Source of the DNA: Podarcis muralis
Taxonomy: Eukaryota
Direction: 5' to 3'
DNA length: 64,000 nt
Assembly (NCBI RefSeq): GCF_964188315.1
Contig: NC_135664.1
Location: 40,424,001 to 40,488,000, forward strand
Within the stretch, counting starts at the first letter, position 1, and each line of letters begins with the position of its first letter. The notes under the pieces are model-generated. The model saw only the letters and a list, made by a program, of their open reading frames with translations, made no database searches and was not told where the DNA came from. The position numbers and the translations under genes were made by a program. This document shows positions 36,406-49,640 of this stretch, piece by piece.

Positions 36406-39006
36406 GTTGCGGAGTGAGTAGCCCTTGGAAGTTGTGTTTGCCTGGTCTCTGGTGGAAATAAGACTCCAGGAAGGAGCTTGTTGATTATTCCCTCCAGGTG
36501 CTTCTACCTCCCCACACCTAACAGCACTCTGGATCCATGTTTACAGGAGCACTCCTGTCCCTCCTGTGAGGCAATTGCCTTTCCCTGGTAGTGCTTTGCA
36601 ACAACAAAAGACCCATCAGGCTACATTACGACAGTGTAGCTTGTAGTTTGCCCCTCAAATGTTAAGGCTTCACAGCCATGATCAATCCTAGAAGAAGCTG
36701 GACTTGAAAAAGCTGGCTAAATCAGTTCTTCTTCCCAAAGAATTATGTTCCCATAGAGCCCTAGTTTTAACCAGTCTCTTTTTATTTTCAGTTCTTTATT
36801 TTCCACTAGCTTGAGCAACCTTCTCCAACCCAGTGCCCTCCTGATGCTTTGGAACGCAACGCCCATCATCCCTGACCACTGGCCTGTCTGAGGCAGGAGT
36901 CTAAAACAGCAGCTTGGAGAGAAAAACAGTCTTGTAATTCAGCGGAAGGGGTGATCCATGTGCTACTGATCTGTCAAATATATTGTTTCTGCAGAGGTTT
37001 TACCTATTCTGCACCCCACACCTGCCACAAATCTCTGTCCCTGTGTACATAAAGACTGCATTATTATTACATGCTGATGTGGCTTCATTACTTTGGGTTT
37101 TATGCCGTTCTCCTTGGCAGCAATAATAACTGATTCCTGTGTGTTCCACTGAAGGAGCCACGTGATGCTGTTTCTCTCATGCACTGCCATGGAAATGGGA
37201 ATGGAAATAGCTCAGGTGACCATGTGAGGTGGACCCCTGCCAAGCAATTGCATTTAACAAGAGCTGGAGATAAAGGGAGCACGTGGACCGTTCAAAGAAC
37301 TCCAAAGACATGCATTCACAGGCACCCACACACACATAGACAGCCTTCCTCCACCCCTTCAACAGCCCTTTTGATATACTACAGTTTGCCTCACTTTCTT
37401 TTTTTATAAAAAAAAAATTATTCGTCTCTGTCAGCATGTTTGAACCAACAGCCAGGTTGGGCAATCCTTCCTAGAAGATTAAAATACCACTGAGGTCAGA
37501 TTTCTATGATGCAGGAGTTCTCACACTTTGTCACAGCATGCCTCCCTAGCGTAAACCTCCTCACAAGTAAATCAAGGTGCTTTCACATTTCACAGGGCAA
37601 CCTCCCCCAAAGAGGCTCACCTGGTGCTTTTGTTACATAGTTTTAGGTGACAGGCAAAAACATTCCTCTTCTCCCAGCCTCTGGCTAATTAAACAGCCTT
37701 TAGCCTTTTAAACTTTCTTTTTGAGGGGAGGGGCGTGACATACACTTACTACAATACCATATGGCACGAAACTTACCTGAATTTTGATGTGTGCTTACAT
37801 AATGTCCCCAAATGAATCTTCTTTGCTATTATTCTTAATTACTGTAATTTACACAAATCCCTTCTTCAGTTATCTAACACTGTTTCTATGCTGGAAACTG
37901 CAAAGGGAGCTATGTAACGTCAGACACAGGCCACAACAAAACAGTCCAATTAAACAATCACGTTGCGTTTGGTAACTCCTATCGTATATAGATCTGTATT
38001 TAGCTCCAGCTTATTACAATATAGATTGATGGACCTGATGGCAACATAATCTAGGTAAGTGAATACCTGCTTCCTGATAGGGATCTAGGAGTCCTAAATT
38101 TAGGAATTTGGAGATGGAGTCCCTGTGTCTGCTCATACTGATGCAAGGCTGCCTCGGGTAAAAAGGGTGTTGTCATACACTTTGCATGACCTATGGATCA
38201 AAAGACAGTTGCCGCACATTTTGTGACCCATTAAGTATACTACCTTGTAGCCTGAAAAACTGGCTTGCTTGATTTTGTGATAACTCTGTAAGAAATGGCT
38301 GGTTGTCGTTTTTCTATGCACTGAACGGACTTTTCTGAATAAACAAAATTAGTTAGGTTCTTGTAAAAAAGCTACAGCAGGGATGGGCTCCCTTTTTTAT
38401 TACTGTTTATGAGTATTATAATTTCAGATGTTTAACCCTAACACTTCCTCCCCAAGGGGAACCCAAGACTGCTCACAGCAGTAAAATTACATGAAATGAT
38501 TCAAAACATTATGACAGCAGTTAAAACCAGTGGAATAAAAACTTCATAAAACTGTCAGCCAAAAAGCCTGGACACATTTTTCAAAAAGTATTTACATATT
38601 TCATGAATGCAGGTAAATAGATCTCTGCATGCTCAGAAATCTGCACAAAGTTCTGAGCAGTTGTCGAGGAGGGTGCACACTGCCTTTCACACATCCTCCA
38701 GTCCCCTCATATTAGCGCACACTCAGACACAACCCCTTTCACACTCACACACTCATCATAGACACAGATTCTAGAGCCTCTGGGAAATAACCAATAAGCA
38801 GAATTCTGCTTACAGAAAGGATGCTCAAGGTCACTATTAACTGATTCCTCATCTTCCTGCATCCCTGGTCTAGGGCATAAAACTGCCCACATAGTGCCAG
38901 TTGCTTATATCATTGTGGGAGAACAAACCCCCAGGAACACAAGCAGAAGGTTTGATCCTAAAGGACTCCTCCCTGCTCAGCAAATGTCCTTCCATGAAGG
39001 AAGGTA

Positions 39007-39371
39007 AAAAGGTAAAGGTAAAGGTACCCCTGCCCATACGGGCCAGTCTTGACAGACTCTGGGGTTGTGCGCCCATCTCACTCAAGAGGTCGGGGGCCAG
39101 CGCTGTCCGGAGACACTTCCGGGTCACGTGGCCAGCGTGACAAAGCTGCATCTGGCGAGCCAGCGCAGCACACGGAACGCCGTTTACCTTCCCGCTGGTA
39201 AGCGGTCCCTATTTATCTACTTGCACCCGGGAGTGCTTTCGAACTGCTAGGTTGGCAGGTGCTGGGACCAAGCAGTGGGAGCGCACCCCGCCGCGGGGAT
39301 TCGAACCGCCGACCTTTCGATCGGCAAGCCCTAGGTGCTGAGGCTTTTACCCATAGCGCCACCCGCGTCCC
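39007..39371 (-). mobile_element. Sauria SINE (Squam1), full length
   Basis: Minus strand starts GGGACGCGGGTGGCGC, B-box GGTTCGAATCC, (ACCTTT)n tail; perfect 15-bp TSD CCATGAAGGAAGGTA at 38992-39006 and 39373-39387. Confidence 0.93.
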
Positions 39372-40322
39372 ACCATGAAGGAAGGTAGTAGGGTTTAAAA
39401 ATAAAAAATCTGCAGCTGTGTTGAACTACCTCCTATGCCAGTTTGGGGGTTTGGAGGCTTCCTTAAACCTCTGGAGCAGATTTTTGGGAAGTGTGGGGGT
39501 TGGGGGAGTCAGCTAAAATCATATCCTGTCCTACCATTTGCAGGAACCTTCAATTATGGAAGGATTAATTTTGTGCATGGAGGAGCACCATAGGATCTAG
39601 CTGTTTGTGTGGGTGGGCATGCACAAATGCTCCCATATGGAGGCAAGCTTGCTTGGTCAAGTAGTCTATATGGAGCAGTGGGGTGGGAATCCAGCTAACT
39701 AGGCATTCAATTAACTGATCTTATATTCAGGGGGGGGAGCAGGAGGGAGAAGAGGGAGGGAATCATTTATTTATGCTGTTCATGTTAGGGCCATCATTTA
39801 TTCATACTGTTGATATAGTTCTTTCATCAGCTTCATATCACAGTTGATCATACATCCAAACAGTGCCTGGGTCTAAACACCACCATCACCACCAAAAAGG
39901 AAAAAAGAAAAACGGAGCCAAAAATCCGCAGCACTTTAAATGTTGCTTTTCAACACACACTGTGCAAAGGTGTGTACGTTAGGCCAACAAACATATCCAT
40001 ACACGTATACACAAAGTGGCAGTTCAATGCTTCTGGGACAGGAAAAGAAAAGGGAAAAAACCATGTATAATTCAGTATTCTTGTCTCTCTGTAGGCTTTA
40101 TATAGCAATTTAACTAAAGGCAAAGGGGCTTTCCGAGTGAACTGAAATGGAATGAAAGAAAAGCCAGTCATGGAATTGTAAGGAAGGAATGTTCCTTCTT
40201 GCTGCCATCTAGTCTAACCTCCTGCACCAAGGTGTCATGAGGAAAAGTGCAAGCAATGTCCACCCAGATGTCCTGCCTTCTACAGCCATGATTTTATAAA
40301 CATGGTTTCAGACAGTTTTTGC

Positions 40323-40806
40323 TGTTGTTGTTGTTGTTTAGTCATTTAGTCGTATCCGACTCTTCATGACCTCATGGACCAGAGCACGCCAGGCACTCCT
40401 GTCTTCCACTGCCTCCCGCAGTTTGGTCAAATTCATGCTGGTAGCTTCGAGAACACTATCCAACCATCTCGTCCTCTGTCGCCCCCTTCTCCTTGTGCCC
40501 TTCATCTTTCCCAACATCAGGGTCTTTTCCAGGGAGTCTTCTCTTCTCATGAGGTGGCCAAAGTATTGGAGCCTCAGCTTCACGATCTGTCCTTCCAGTG
40601 AGCACTCAGGGCTGATTTCCTTCAGAATGGATAGGTTTGATCATCTTGCAGTCCATGGGACTCTCAAGAGTCTCCTCCAGCACCATAATTTAAAAGCATC
40701 AATTCTTTGGCAATCAGCCTTCTTTATAGTCCAGCTCTCACTTCCATACATCACTACTGGGAAAACAATAGCTTTTACCTTTGTTGGCCAGGTGATGTCT
40801 CTGCTT
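40323..40806 (-). mobile_element. BovB/RTE LINE 3' fragment
   Basis: KLRLQYFGHLMRREDSLEKTLMLGK..RRRGRQRTRWLD and AIVFPVVMYGSESWTIKKAD; (CAA)n tail. Confidence 0.92.
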
Positions 40807-41990
40807 AAGTGTTTGCAGTACAGTATTTCTAATATATTGATGCATGCCACTCCAGTTTCTGAGTGGTGAGAGATTCCAGGTTTTCCAGGTGCTTACTCAG
40901 GGTTTGTGTCTCCTTCAGAATGAGGGACAGAGGAGACTGTGGTGCCTCTATGATAAATGGTTTATTCACACATATATGAGCCTATGATGGAGAAAGTGCA
41001 GAGCATTCACATCCCCAAAGGGTCTTGCTTTTCCTGTAGCCACAGCCTTGGATTCAGACAGAAATCAAGCACTGCTCAGTCTCTTCTGTTTTCCCAGCCT
41101 GCTGCTTCCAGCTTCTAGCTCCCATAACTCAATTCTCCACTCTGGCCTTTGTCTGTCTGTGAGTTGAGGGAAGGGAACCCACCCACAGCACTGAACCACT
41201 TCCTTTGTTACCTTAATGACCCATGCTTATAAGGTTATGTGCTTTGTTGTATATTTTGTTGATGTAAACTTGTGCATAGTAATATAGAAAAGAGGTATAC
41301 AAGTTAAAAGTGAAATGAAATACTTAGGCTGCTACCTCACAAGGAAGCTAGCCTGGCTATTCCAGGAATTTGAATCCTTGCTTAGATTTTAACATTTTCT
41401 GGTTCCAGGAATTAGAAGGCTATTGGCATGCCACCTACTCCTCCCTTCCCAAACTAATAACAATATATTTTATACCGCGTGGGTTCGTTCATACTGATTT
41501 CAACTAGCATGTCGTGAAACAGAGATACAGGGACGCTGCCTCCCAACACCAGCATCACTGCTGCTTACTTGGGACAGCACTGGGGCAGGGCGAGGAGGCG
41601 GAGCTTCAGTATCAGCAGGGTGGCTCCACCCCCACCCCTCTACTATGGCTTACAGCCTATTTGACTTTAATTATGCCCGGTCACTGTGGCAATCTAACTC
41701 ATAACCCCCATCCTGAATGCACTTATAACTAAGGCACTTATAACTAAGCACAGCTTTCAAATTATGGTGATGCCAAACCGCCAATTATCATGGTGACATG
41801 TTCATACACAACAAGCAAGTGAAAACTAAATAATGTAAGCTAGGTGGAAAGATGTTCAGCCTAGATACTGAACATTACATTTAAGACTGAGGCAGCAGAC
41901 AACCAAAGGTATGGCAGGTACAATTAAGTAGATGTAAATAAGTACCACCGATAAGAAGTGCACAAGTTAGAGAACATATATACCTGTACA

Positions 41991-42089
41991 CACTGCTATT
42001 TTTCTAGAAAAAGAGGTGCCAGAACTCACCACCTCCCTTATTCTCCTATAATGGCAATGGCACCCACCTGAGAGGTGCCGGAACCCCTG
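41991..42089. mobile_element. hAT MITE fragment (28354 family)
   Basis: TGCTATTTTTCTAGAAAAAGAGGTGCCAGAACTCACC..CCCACCTGAGAGGTGCCGGAAC. Confidence 0.65.
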
Positions 42090-43279
42090 TGCTGTACATC
42101 TTAGAAGGCCTAAGTGCTTACATTGCATTTATTATGGGACTGACCAGTGCTGTTCTTTATACAGGAAGGCTGCTAGGAAGTCATTTGCACAGGGCTCCCT
42201 CAACTAGATTTTACTCTTTGATCTGTGTCTGTTGCTGGTCAAGCAAATCAGTATAATCCTAGAACTGGCCTAGAACTGGCATCACGCAGGGTCAATTGAA
42301 CCCAGACTGCAGCCAACAAGTTAGAAAGATGCCTCCAAGATGCCTCTATGATATTTTGGGTGATGTTAGGTACTTTAACAATGATGCTCTAATGGTATCT
42401 AAACTTATGCAGTTATTGGTCCATAAGAGTCAGCCATCATTACATATAATTGAGTTGATAAGGGGGAAATGGAGTGTGTGGTTTGGTTATGCTTTAAACT
42501 CCCTGCGATGCTAGGCTTCTCCCAATCAGATACATAATCTCTATAAATATAAAATTCATGTTTTAAAATACAGGCCTGTCTAAACTCGAGCTACCAAAGA
42601 CGGTGGTGGATGCAGGGAGAGATGGTGGTTCTCTAGTAGACAAAGTAAGGCTGAAATCTGCATGTAGCCTGCCAGCGCTTTTCTCCAAACCATGCAGTCC
42701 CAGGCTGCTTCCAACCCACTTCTAGCTGAATTTCTACTTAACTAATTCTTGCATAAGTAAAAATCTGCATAACCAGATCTGACAACTACATATTTGTTCA
42801 TTTAATCATCACCCGTGACCTGACGTTTCAGAAGTTTAGGTTGCAAAGCAACATACAATGCAGAAAGTGCATTCCGGTGGACTGTACATGCCAACAACTG
42901 CTGCAGCTTTGTGTTTTATGAGGCCTGTGCAGGTTGCCTGCTGCTCTCAGGGATAGTGGAAGATGCTGGCACAGGTGCTGTTCCCCAGTGTTGAACTACG
43001 ATTCAGTTGCCACTCTGGTTGGTATTTGTAAACAGAATGGGAGGCACCATCCTGCCCTTCATCTCAGGCAGCAGAATGTCTTGGGTTAGCCCTGCTGATA
43101 TCCAGTTTCTGCACCTTCCTCTGCTCAGGACTTGTGCAAGCTGTCTCTGTAGCTGGAACATATGCATCTCTGTGCTGACAGCATTGTGGAAGGGGACCAG
43201 AGAAAGTACATATCCCATTCCAGGACAAGAAGATTGCAAGGTTCACTCCCACCCCCACTTGAGGTACTTCTAAAGTAGA

Positions 43280-43650
43280 CTCTCCTCTATGAGCAACTCT
43301 CCTAGGAATCTCGAGCTTTTTAGTTTAGAACAAAGGCAAGTAAGGGGGCACATGACAGAGGTGTATAGGATATTTGTATGCTGTAGAGAAATTGGATATG
43401 TAGAAGCTTCTTTCTCTCTCATCAGAATGTTGGAGGATTCAGGACAGACAAAATAAAGTATTCTTCATGCAGTGCGTAAACTACGGAAGCTGGTACCACA
43501 ACATGGAGTGATGGCCATCAACTCAGATGGTTTTTAAAAAGAGAATTAGGCAACTTCGTGGAAGATAAGGCTATCTGGTTGGCTATTATGGGAGCAAGCT
43601 GCTAGATGGGCCATTGACCTGACACAGCAGGGGCTCTTACGTTCTTATGA
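43280..43650 (+). mobile_element. CR1 LINE 3' fragment
   Basis: TTTAGTTTAGAACAAAGGC..GGGGCACATGACAGAGGTGTATAGG (RT end), then GATGGGCCATTGACCTGAC..GTTCTTATG tail. Confidence 0.7.
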
Positions 43651-45322
43651 ATTTTAAGTGTTTAATTTAAGGTTATTTTTTAAAATACTGTTTAATCAAT
43701 AGCTCGTGGCAACAACCTATCCATTACAAACAGTACTTTTCTTTTGCTGATGTTGCTTTTAAGCATTTCAAAGATTTGCACAATCACGAGTGAAAGAGGC
43801 TTTCACAACATCATCATTGGCAAATTGTATTTGCACATGTCTGAGGAAGATATCAGTAAGCAGCAGCGTGCCAGGTCATATTGTTCCTTGAGGCTGCAAA
43901 TCATCCCCCCTCCCTTGTGGATCAAAACAACCGCATGAAGAACTGCAGAGCTAAGAGCACCAAAGAAACATCATCAAGGACAGGAGCACTTTTATTTTCA
44001 GCAACGGCCTTTCTGTCTGCTTACGACCCCAGCTGCAAGTACACTGTGTACTTCGCAGGGTTGCTTTCATGATTACTATGAAGAACTCAAGAGCCCGAGC
44101 CAAAGCAAGAGAGATGCAAACATTCATTCTGGCTGAAAGGGACAGGATGCACCATGATCCTGCCACCTGATGTACGAGGACACACAGAAGATGTGCAGGA
44201 TCCTGCGCAGAACTGTACAACGCTGGCACCTCTGAAAGGCAAACACAGAGCAGGAAAGTCACATTGGGAGACACTGATGCCAGAGGCATGCCAGAGGGAG
44301 GGCAGGCACAATTGTTTTGTTACACCATGCCTTTTTGGGTATTAAAAGTTTTGCTTCTTTCATTACTGATTTGGAAGCAGTCCACACATTTTTGTTACTC
44401 TTGTTTGTTTGTTTTCTATCAATTTCAATGGGAGACCCAGAAAGTGCTCTTCTCGTCTGTCACTGTTTTTCATCCAAATGGCATGGGGTTTTCTGGTACT
44501 CTGCTCCCCCACTGCCCAAGGATTAGACCTGTGACATTTCAGGACAAAGGGCCCCCATTTATGAGAAACTAAAAGGCATACAACACAGCCTAACAGGGAC
44601 AGCCAACATGACATGGTGCCTCCAGGTGTTGTTCAGACTACAAGTGCCCTAGGGAGCATAGCCAATGGTCAGGAATGGGAGGGTAGTCCAACAACATCTG
44701 GAGAGTAGCATGTTGGCTACACCTGTCCTAACTGCCATGTGAATGAAGCAGAACTACTAAGTGGCACAGCAAAGGAGTAACCAGGTAGACAGATGGATGC
44801 TAATCTTAAGAAGCAAGGTGGAGGAACTTAGGTGCCAGGTAGTCTGAAGCCATAGGAGAGAAACTGAACTGATTTTGTCTATAGGAAACACCATAGGGAA
44901 CCACCAGACAGCGAGAGAAACAGCTCAAGGAAAGTAAATCACATGTCACTCACTTTCATAAACTCCCTCCCCTTGCTTGCCTTTCACCACCATGACTGGA
45001 GAGTTCTCTGTGGGCAATTAGGGCAAAAGGCCTATTACATTGTTGGAGACCTGTTGCGTTGGTACAGAATGGTCAGGTTGGATTATGCCTGCTGCCTCTT
45101 CACCCCCTCCCAGTAACCTTTCTGTGAACTGTACCGGTGCCCAATTTAGGGCGCTGCGGGTGATGTGACCCAGAGGTAAAGGAGCAAGCTGGAGAGTCAG
45201 AGAAGCGTTTGAGAGCAATGTCTGAGTTCTGTTTGAATCCAAGGCTGTGGCTATCAAAGAAACAAGACCTTTTGGGGTAATTCTGTGAACCCCTCAGGTT
45301 GTATGTATGTGTAAATAAACTA

Positions 45323-45553
45323 CAGTGGTACCTCGGGTTACAGACGCTTCAGGTTACAGGCACTTCAGGTTACAGACTCTGCTAACCCAGAAAAAGTACC
45401 TCAGGTTAAGAACTTTGCTTCAGGACGAGAACAGAAATTGTGTGGCGGTAGCAGGAGGCCCCATTAGCTAAAGTAGTGCTTCAGGTTAAGAACAGTCTCA
45501 GGTTAAGAACGGACCTCCAGAACGAATTAAGTTCTTAACCTGAGGTACCACTG
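45323..45553. mobile_element. Tc1/mariner (Tigger-like) MITE
   Basis: TIR CAGTGGTACCTC / GAGGTACCACTG; TA on both flanks. Confidence 0.88.
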
Positions 45554-46993
45554 TATGTCTCATAAAGACACCATAGTCTCCACAGTGCCTCATTTCCAAA
45601 AGGAAACATGAATCCAGGATAAGCACCTGGAACCCCTGGAATCTTACATCACTCGGCGATTGGGGTGGTGTGCGGCAATATGAATAGAAGATTCACTCAA
45701 AAGTCATTAATTTGTAGTGCCTTTTCATTTTTACAAGTAAAATAAATGAGATTCGTTTGCTTAATTTTCCATTCGTTAAATGAATGTACATTCCTGTTTA
45801 TTGGTGCACCTTGCACCTCTAGTCCACACCTTGGTTCTAGTAATAGTAGTTATGGGCAGAATTGCACTGTCAGTAGATTGAAGGCCAGGTGCAGTCTTTG
45901 GCCCACTCCCAGAAGATACCTAAGCATTATTAAAATCTCTTCTGTCTCCATCTTAAAACCACACCAAGATGCATTATGCAGCAGCACAGAGCCAGTTTTG
46001 TGAGCCTGACTCTGATCTTCATTATGCTACTCATATCGCTTTCAGGTTGGGAAAGGTACAGAACAGCTCCAGTCGGCCATGTTTTCAAAATAAGAACAGA
46101 TCATTTATTTTTAAAAATCCACTTTGATGAGACTGCATCCACATCAAGAAGCAGAAAAGTACACAGCCACTGGATTGCAGAAAGGGGGGGAGGGAGCCAT
46201 GCTTATCTGAATGCTGGATTTCGGGCAAAATGGCTGTTTTCTATGTTACGTACTACATTGGTTTGATTCACGCGTTTAATAAAGAGCTGCATCAGAGGCA
46301 AAAATGCCTTCTTCCTGTTGTGTAAGAGAGTGAACTCACAAACCTTCATTGATTTTACTGATTAAAAGAAAGTCTGTGCCATTGACTCAAACAGCAGTAA
46401 AGCCCAATGAAATCACGCAGGGGCTTTTCACTGATTTAATTGAGCAGTGGCTCAGGGCAGAACATTAAGCTCACTTTTTCATTTTATGTTTCTGTTAACG
46501 ATGTGAAAACAGTGGCATGTATAGCAGTGCTACAGAAATTATTTCAAAGCTACTCCATGCTGACTCAATTGCTTTCTCTTTACTGTTGTCAACTGCTTGT
46601 GTTGTGAGTTTTAACGATAGGTTTGTACATAGCAGCTGTGTCCTCCAACTGCTTACCAGCAGCAGCACTCTGCACCTGCTGCTTGAGGCAGCTGCCTCAT
46701 TCTACCTAATGGTAGGGCCAGGCCTGATTATCTTGTTTGTTATGGGGAAACAAGAAGCGTTGGAAGATTGTGTGTCCTGCTGCTATGTGGCAATGCAACA
46801 GCTGCTGTGGACACTCTTACAGAAAAGAGAAAGGAGAAGCTTGCAGTTCAGTATTTAACAATGATAAGCAGTCCATTAAATCTTGAATATATTTGTAGAA
46901 GCAACACATGACAAAGATCTCCAACCATTTTCTGGCTGTCAGCATCTGCTACAGTTGTGCTCTGAAGTCATAAGGGGGTGTGAGCACAGGTTT

Positions 46994-47047
46994 CTAGACT
47001 AGCTGGGCCATTGGCCTGATCCAACAGGCTCTTCTTATGTCTTACAT
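46994..47047 (+). mobile_element. CR1-type 3' tail remnant
   Basis: GGGCCATTGGCCTGATCCAACAGGCTCTTCTTATGTCTTA. Confidence 0.5.
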
Positions 47048-47206
47048 AAATGCCAATGAATGTCTCAGGGGCAGAGATGGGTTCATTATACCATCAGTAT
47101 TGGGAATGAGCCTGCCATCCTATTGCTAATCCTGTTCTTTCTGCCAGTGCAAAATGAAAGTGAACATTGAGGGATCATTATATATGCCCACTGGTATGCA
47201 GCATTC

Positions 47207-47571
47207 TTTTGAATTATGGTGCTGGAGGAGACTCTTGAGAGTCTCATGGACTGCAAGAAGATCAAACCTATCCATTCTTAAGGAAATCAGCCCTGAGTGC
47301 TCACTGGAAGGACAGATCCTGAAGCTGAGACTACAATACTTTGGCAACCTCATGAGAAGAGAAGACTCCCTGGAAAAGACCCTGATGTTGGGAAAGATGG
47401 AGGGTGCAAGGAGAAGGGGACGACAGAGGATGAGATGGTTGGACAGTGTTCTCGAAGCTACCAGCATGAGTTTGACCAAACTGCGGGAGGCAGTGGAAGA
47501 CAGAAGTGCCTGGCGTGCTCTGGTCCATGGGGTCATGAAGAGTCGGACACGACTAAATGAGTAAACAACAA
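47207..47571 (+). mobile_element. BovB/RTE LINE 5'-truncated copy
   Basis: FELWCWRRLLRVSWTARRSN..RWLDSVLEATSMSLTKLREAVEDR; CAACAA tail; perfect 11-bp TSD ATGCAGCATTC at 47196-47206 and 47572-47582. Confidence 0.93.
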
Positions 47572-49136
47572 ATGCAGCATTCAGCAGCTACATTATAAAA
47601 TACAAACAGTCACAGAAATATAAGCATTTTCTTGCCTCTCCTTTGCTCATTCCGGATCAAGCAAATGTCAATAGAGGCAACTTCCTGTCTTTGTATATAA
47701 GAGAAGGGGAGATGCTACAGCTCTTTCTCTCTCTGTTTACCACATATCACCATCCACTCTTCCACAGCCTAGCGCTTCTGAAATTACAACTTTATCATAG
47801 ATGGTTAGATCTATAGCCAATGTAAAAGGAGCATACTGATAACTGTTTCATATTTTTCAGTTACTTTTTCAGTGTCAGGGCAAACTTGATTTTGCATTCA
47901 TTTAAGTAAGTCCTACTGTCTTGAAAACCTTCCCTTCACAAACAAATGCTAAGCAAACACTTCTGTTGCAAATCTCAGATCTTTCTATTCATTTAGATAG
48001 GAGCCAGGGGTCAAATTCAATATTTTTCCATTCCGACTATAATTACCTTTTTCTTTTCTTTCTTTACAGCTATATGAAACACTTTGCAACCATCATTCCA
48101 CTTTGCAACAATCGTTGAACCCCAAACCACATATAGAGAGGGAGCTCTGTGCAACTTCCCCTCACGGTCAACCTTTTACAAAAGAAAGCAAGCCAAGAGT
48201 AGCTGCAATCACATGCAAAAGATGAGAAGTTGGAGGAGGCATGTGTTATTTCTCTACCAGCTGCTTTCAACTCTCAAAATTGGCCTTAGTGTTTCCCACT
48301 CCAAAGAAAAAGGGTATATTGCACATACTTTTTTTCCTTCATGGGCAGAAAAGCAGCTTCAAGGCGATTGATTTAAGAGGGAAATGGTTGGTAGGGAAAG
48401 GATTAAGCACCTCCTCCCCACCTCCCCTCCTTCTTCTGGACTTGACTGCAGTTGCCCAGCACCAGTTCTTCAGTGTAACATGTAGTTTGCCCTGAACTTT
48501 GCAGCTCTGAAGAGTTCCTGTCTGGAACATCTTCATGAAGCCAGTATCCCCGTGTTATTTAACAAACAGAAAACGTTGGGAAACATTTTGGCATATTTAT
48601 GTCACCATTGCTCAGCTGACATTTTTCAAAGACAGCAGTGGAGAACACACAGTACTTGCGCATAAAACCCATTGATAAAGGGATTTGTTCTGACTGCAGA
48701 GGTGACAAATTGTTAACTTTAGCACTATTGAGGGAAATCTTTTACGGCAGATGCCTTGTAGTGGCAGCTGTGGTTAAAGGTTACCTTGATCCTAGAGAAT
48801 GCCACCTGGTTATGTCATTACATGCTCAATTTGTTTCCGTTTACTTCGGCTGTTTTTTGTGAGTGTGTCTCCGTTATAAATTTAAACCACTGACAGTCCT
48901 GTTTAATTCTCACAGCTCATAAGCGAGCAATCCTGGTAACTGTAGTTCTGTGAAGACACAAAGGATCTGCAAGAAAGAATCATCAGTGTGTTCACAAAGC
49001 TACAATTTGTAGCTCTACAATGGCCATGCCAATTCAACCAGTTTTAGACTGGTTGGTGTAAGTAAGCCATAAATCTGGCCCAGAATGTAGAATTCTGTCC
49101 TTCAACCTGTTTGCAAATCCCTCCTGAACTGGCTTG

Positions 49137-49360
49137 CTGGTGTGGATTAATGGTGAGAATGTTAGGCTAGGACCTGAGATACCAGGGTTCAAATCTTCAT
49201 TGGGTCACAAAGCTCACTGGGTGACCTTGGGCCAGTCACTGCCTCTCAGCCTAACCTACCTCACAGGGTTGTTGTGGGGATAAAACAAGGAGGGAGGAAC
49301 CATGTACACCACCTTGAGCTCCTTGGAGTAAAAGCTGGGATAAAAATGCAGTAGAATGGA
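49137..49360 (+). mobile_element. Squam3/MIR-type SINE
   Basis: GGTTCAAATC B-box; GGGTGACCTTGGGCCAGTCACTGCCTCTCAGCCTAACCTACCTCACAGGGTTGTTGTG core. Confidence 0.78.
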
Positions 49361-49419
49361 TAAATACATTTTATTTTCAGCTATTGAGAAGCCATCAGGA
49401 TGTGAACCACAGGCTGTTT

Positions 49420-49640
49420 TAGCACAGTGGCTTGTGAGCTGCAAAGCAAAAAGTCCCAGCTCAGAATCTCATCTCCGCTATGAAATCTGGCAACATTAGG
49501 CAGCCCACTGTTTCTCAGCACCAACAACCCATTCACAGTGCAAGGAGAATAATACTGATCTACTGTATACGGCTGCTCTAAGAATAATGGAGGCGTGGAC
49601 AAATGTGAACTGCTTTGAACTTGAAATGTGCTTTATAAAT
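49420..49640 (+). mobile_element. Ancient MIR/Ther1-like SINE
   Basis: GCAAGGAGAATAATACTGATCTAC..GGCTGCTCTAAGAATAATG..AATGTGAACTGCTTTG resembles the MIR core; highly diverged. Confidence 0.4.

Noticed and set aside
40867-41215. LTR-like segment (minus-strand AATAAA)
   Set aside because: No matching CA terminus or TSD could be located
48073-48230. Very strong plus-strand acceptor (ttttctttctttacAG) with a 51-codon open frame
   Set aside because: No donor or recognisable peptide; T-rich tracts yield such sites by chance
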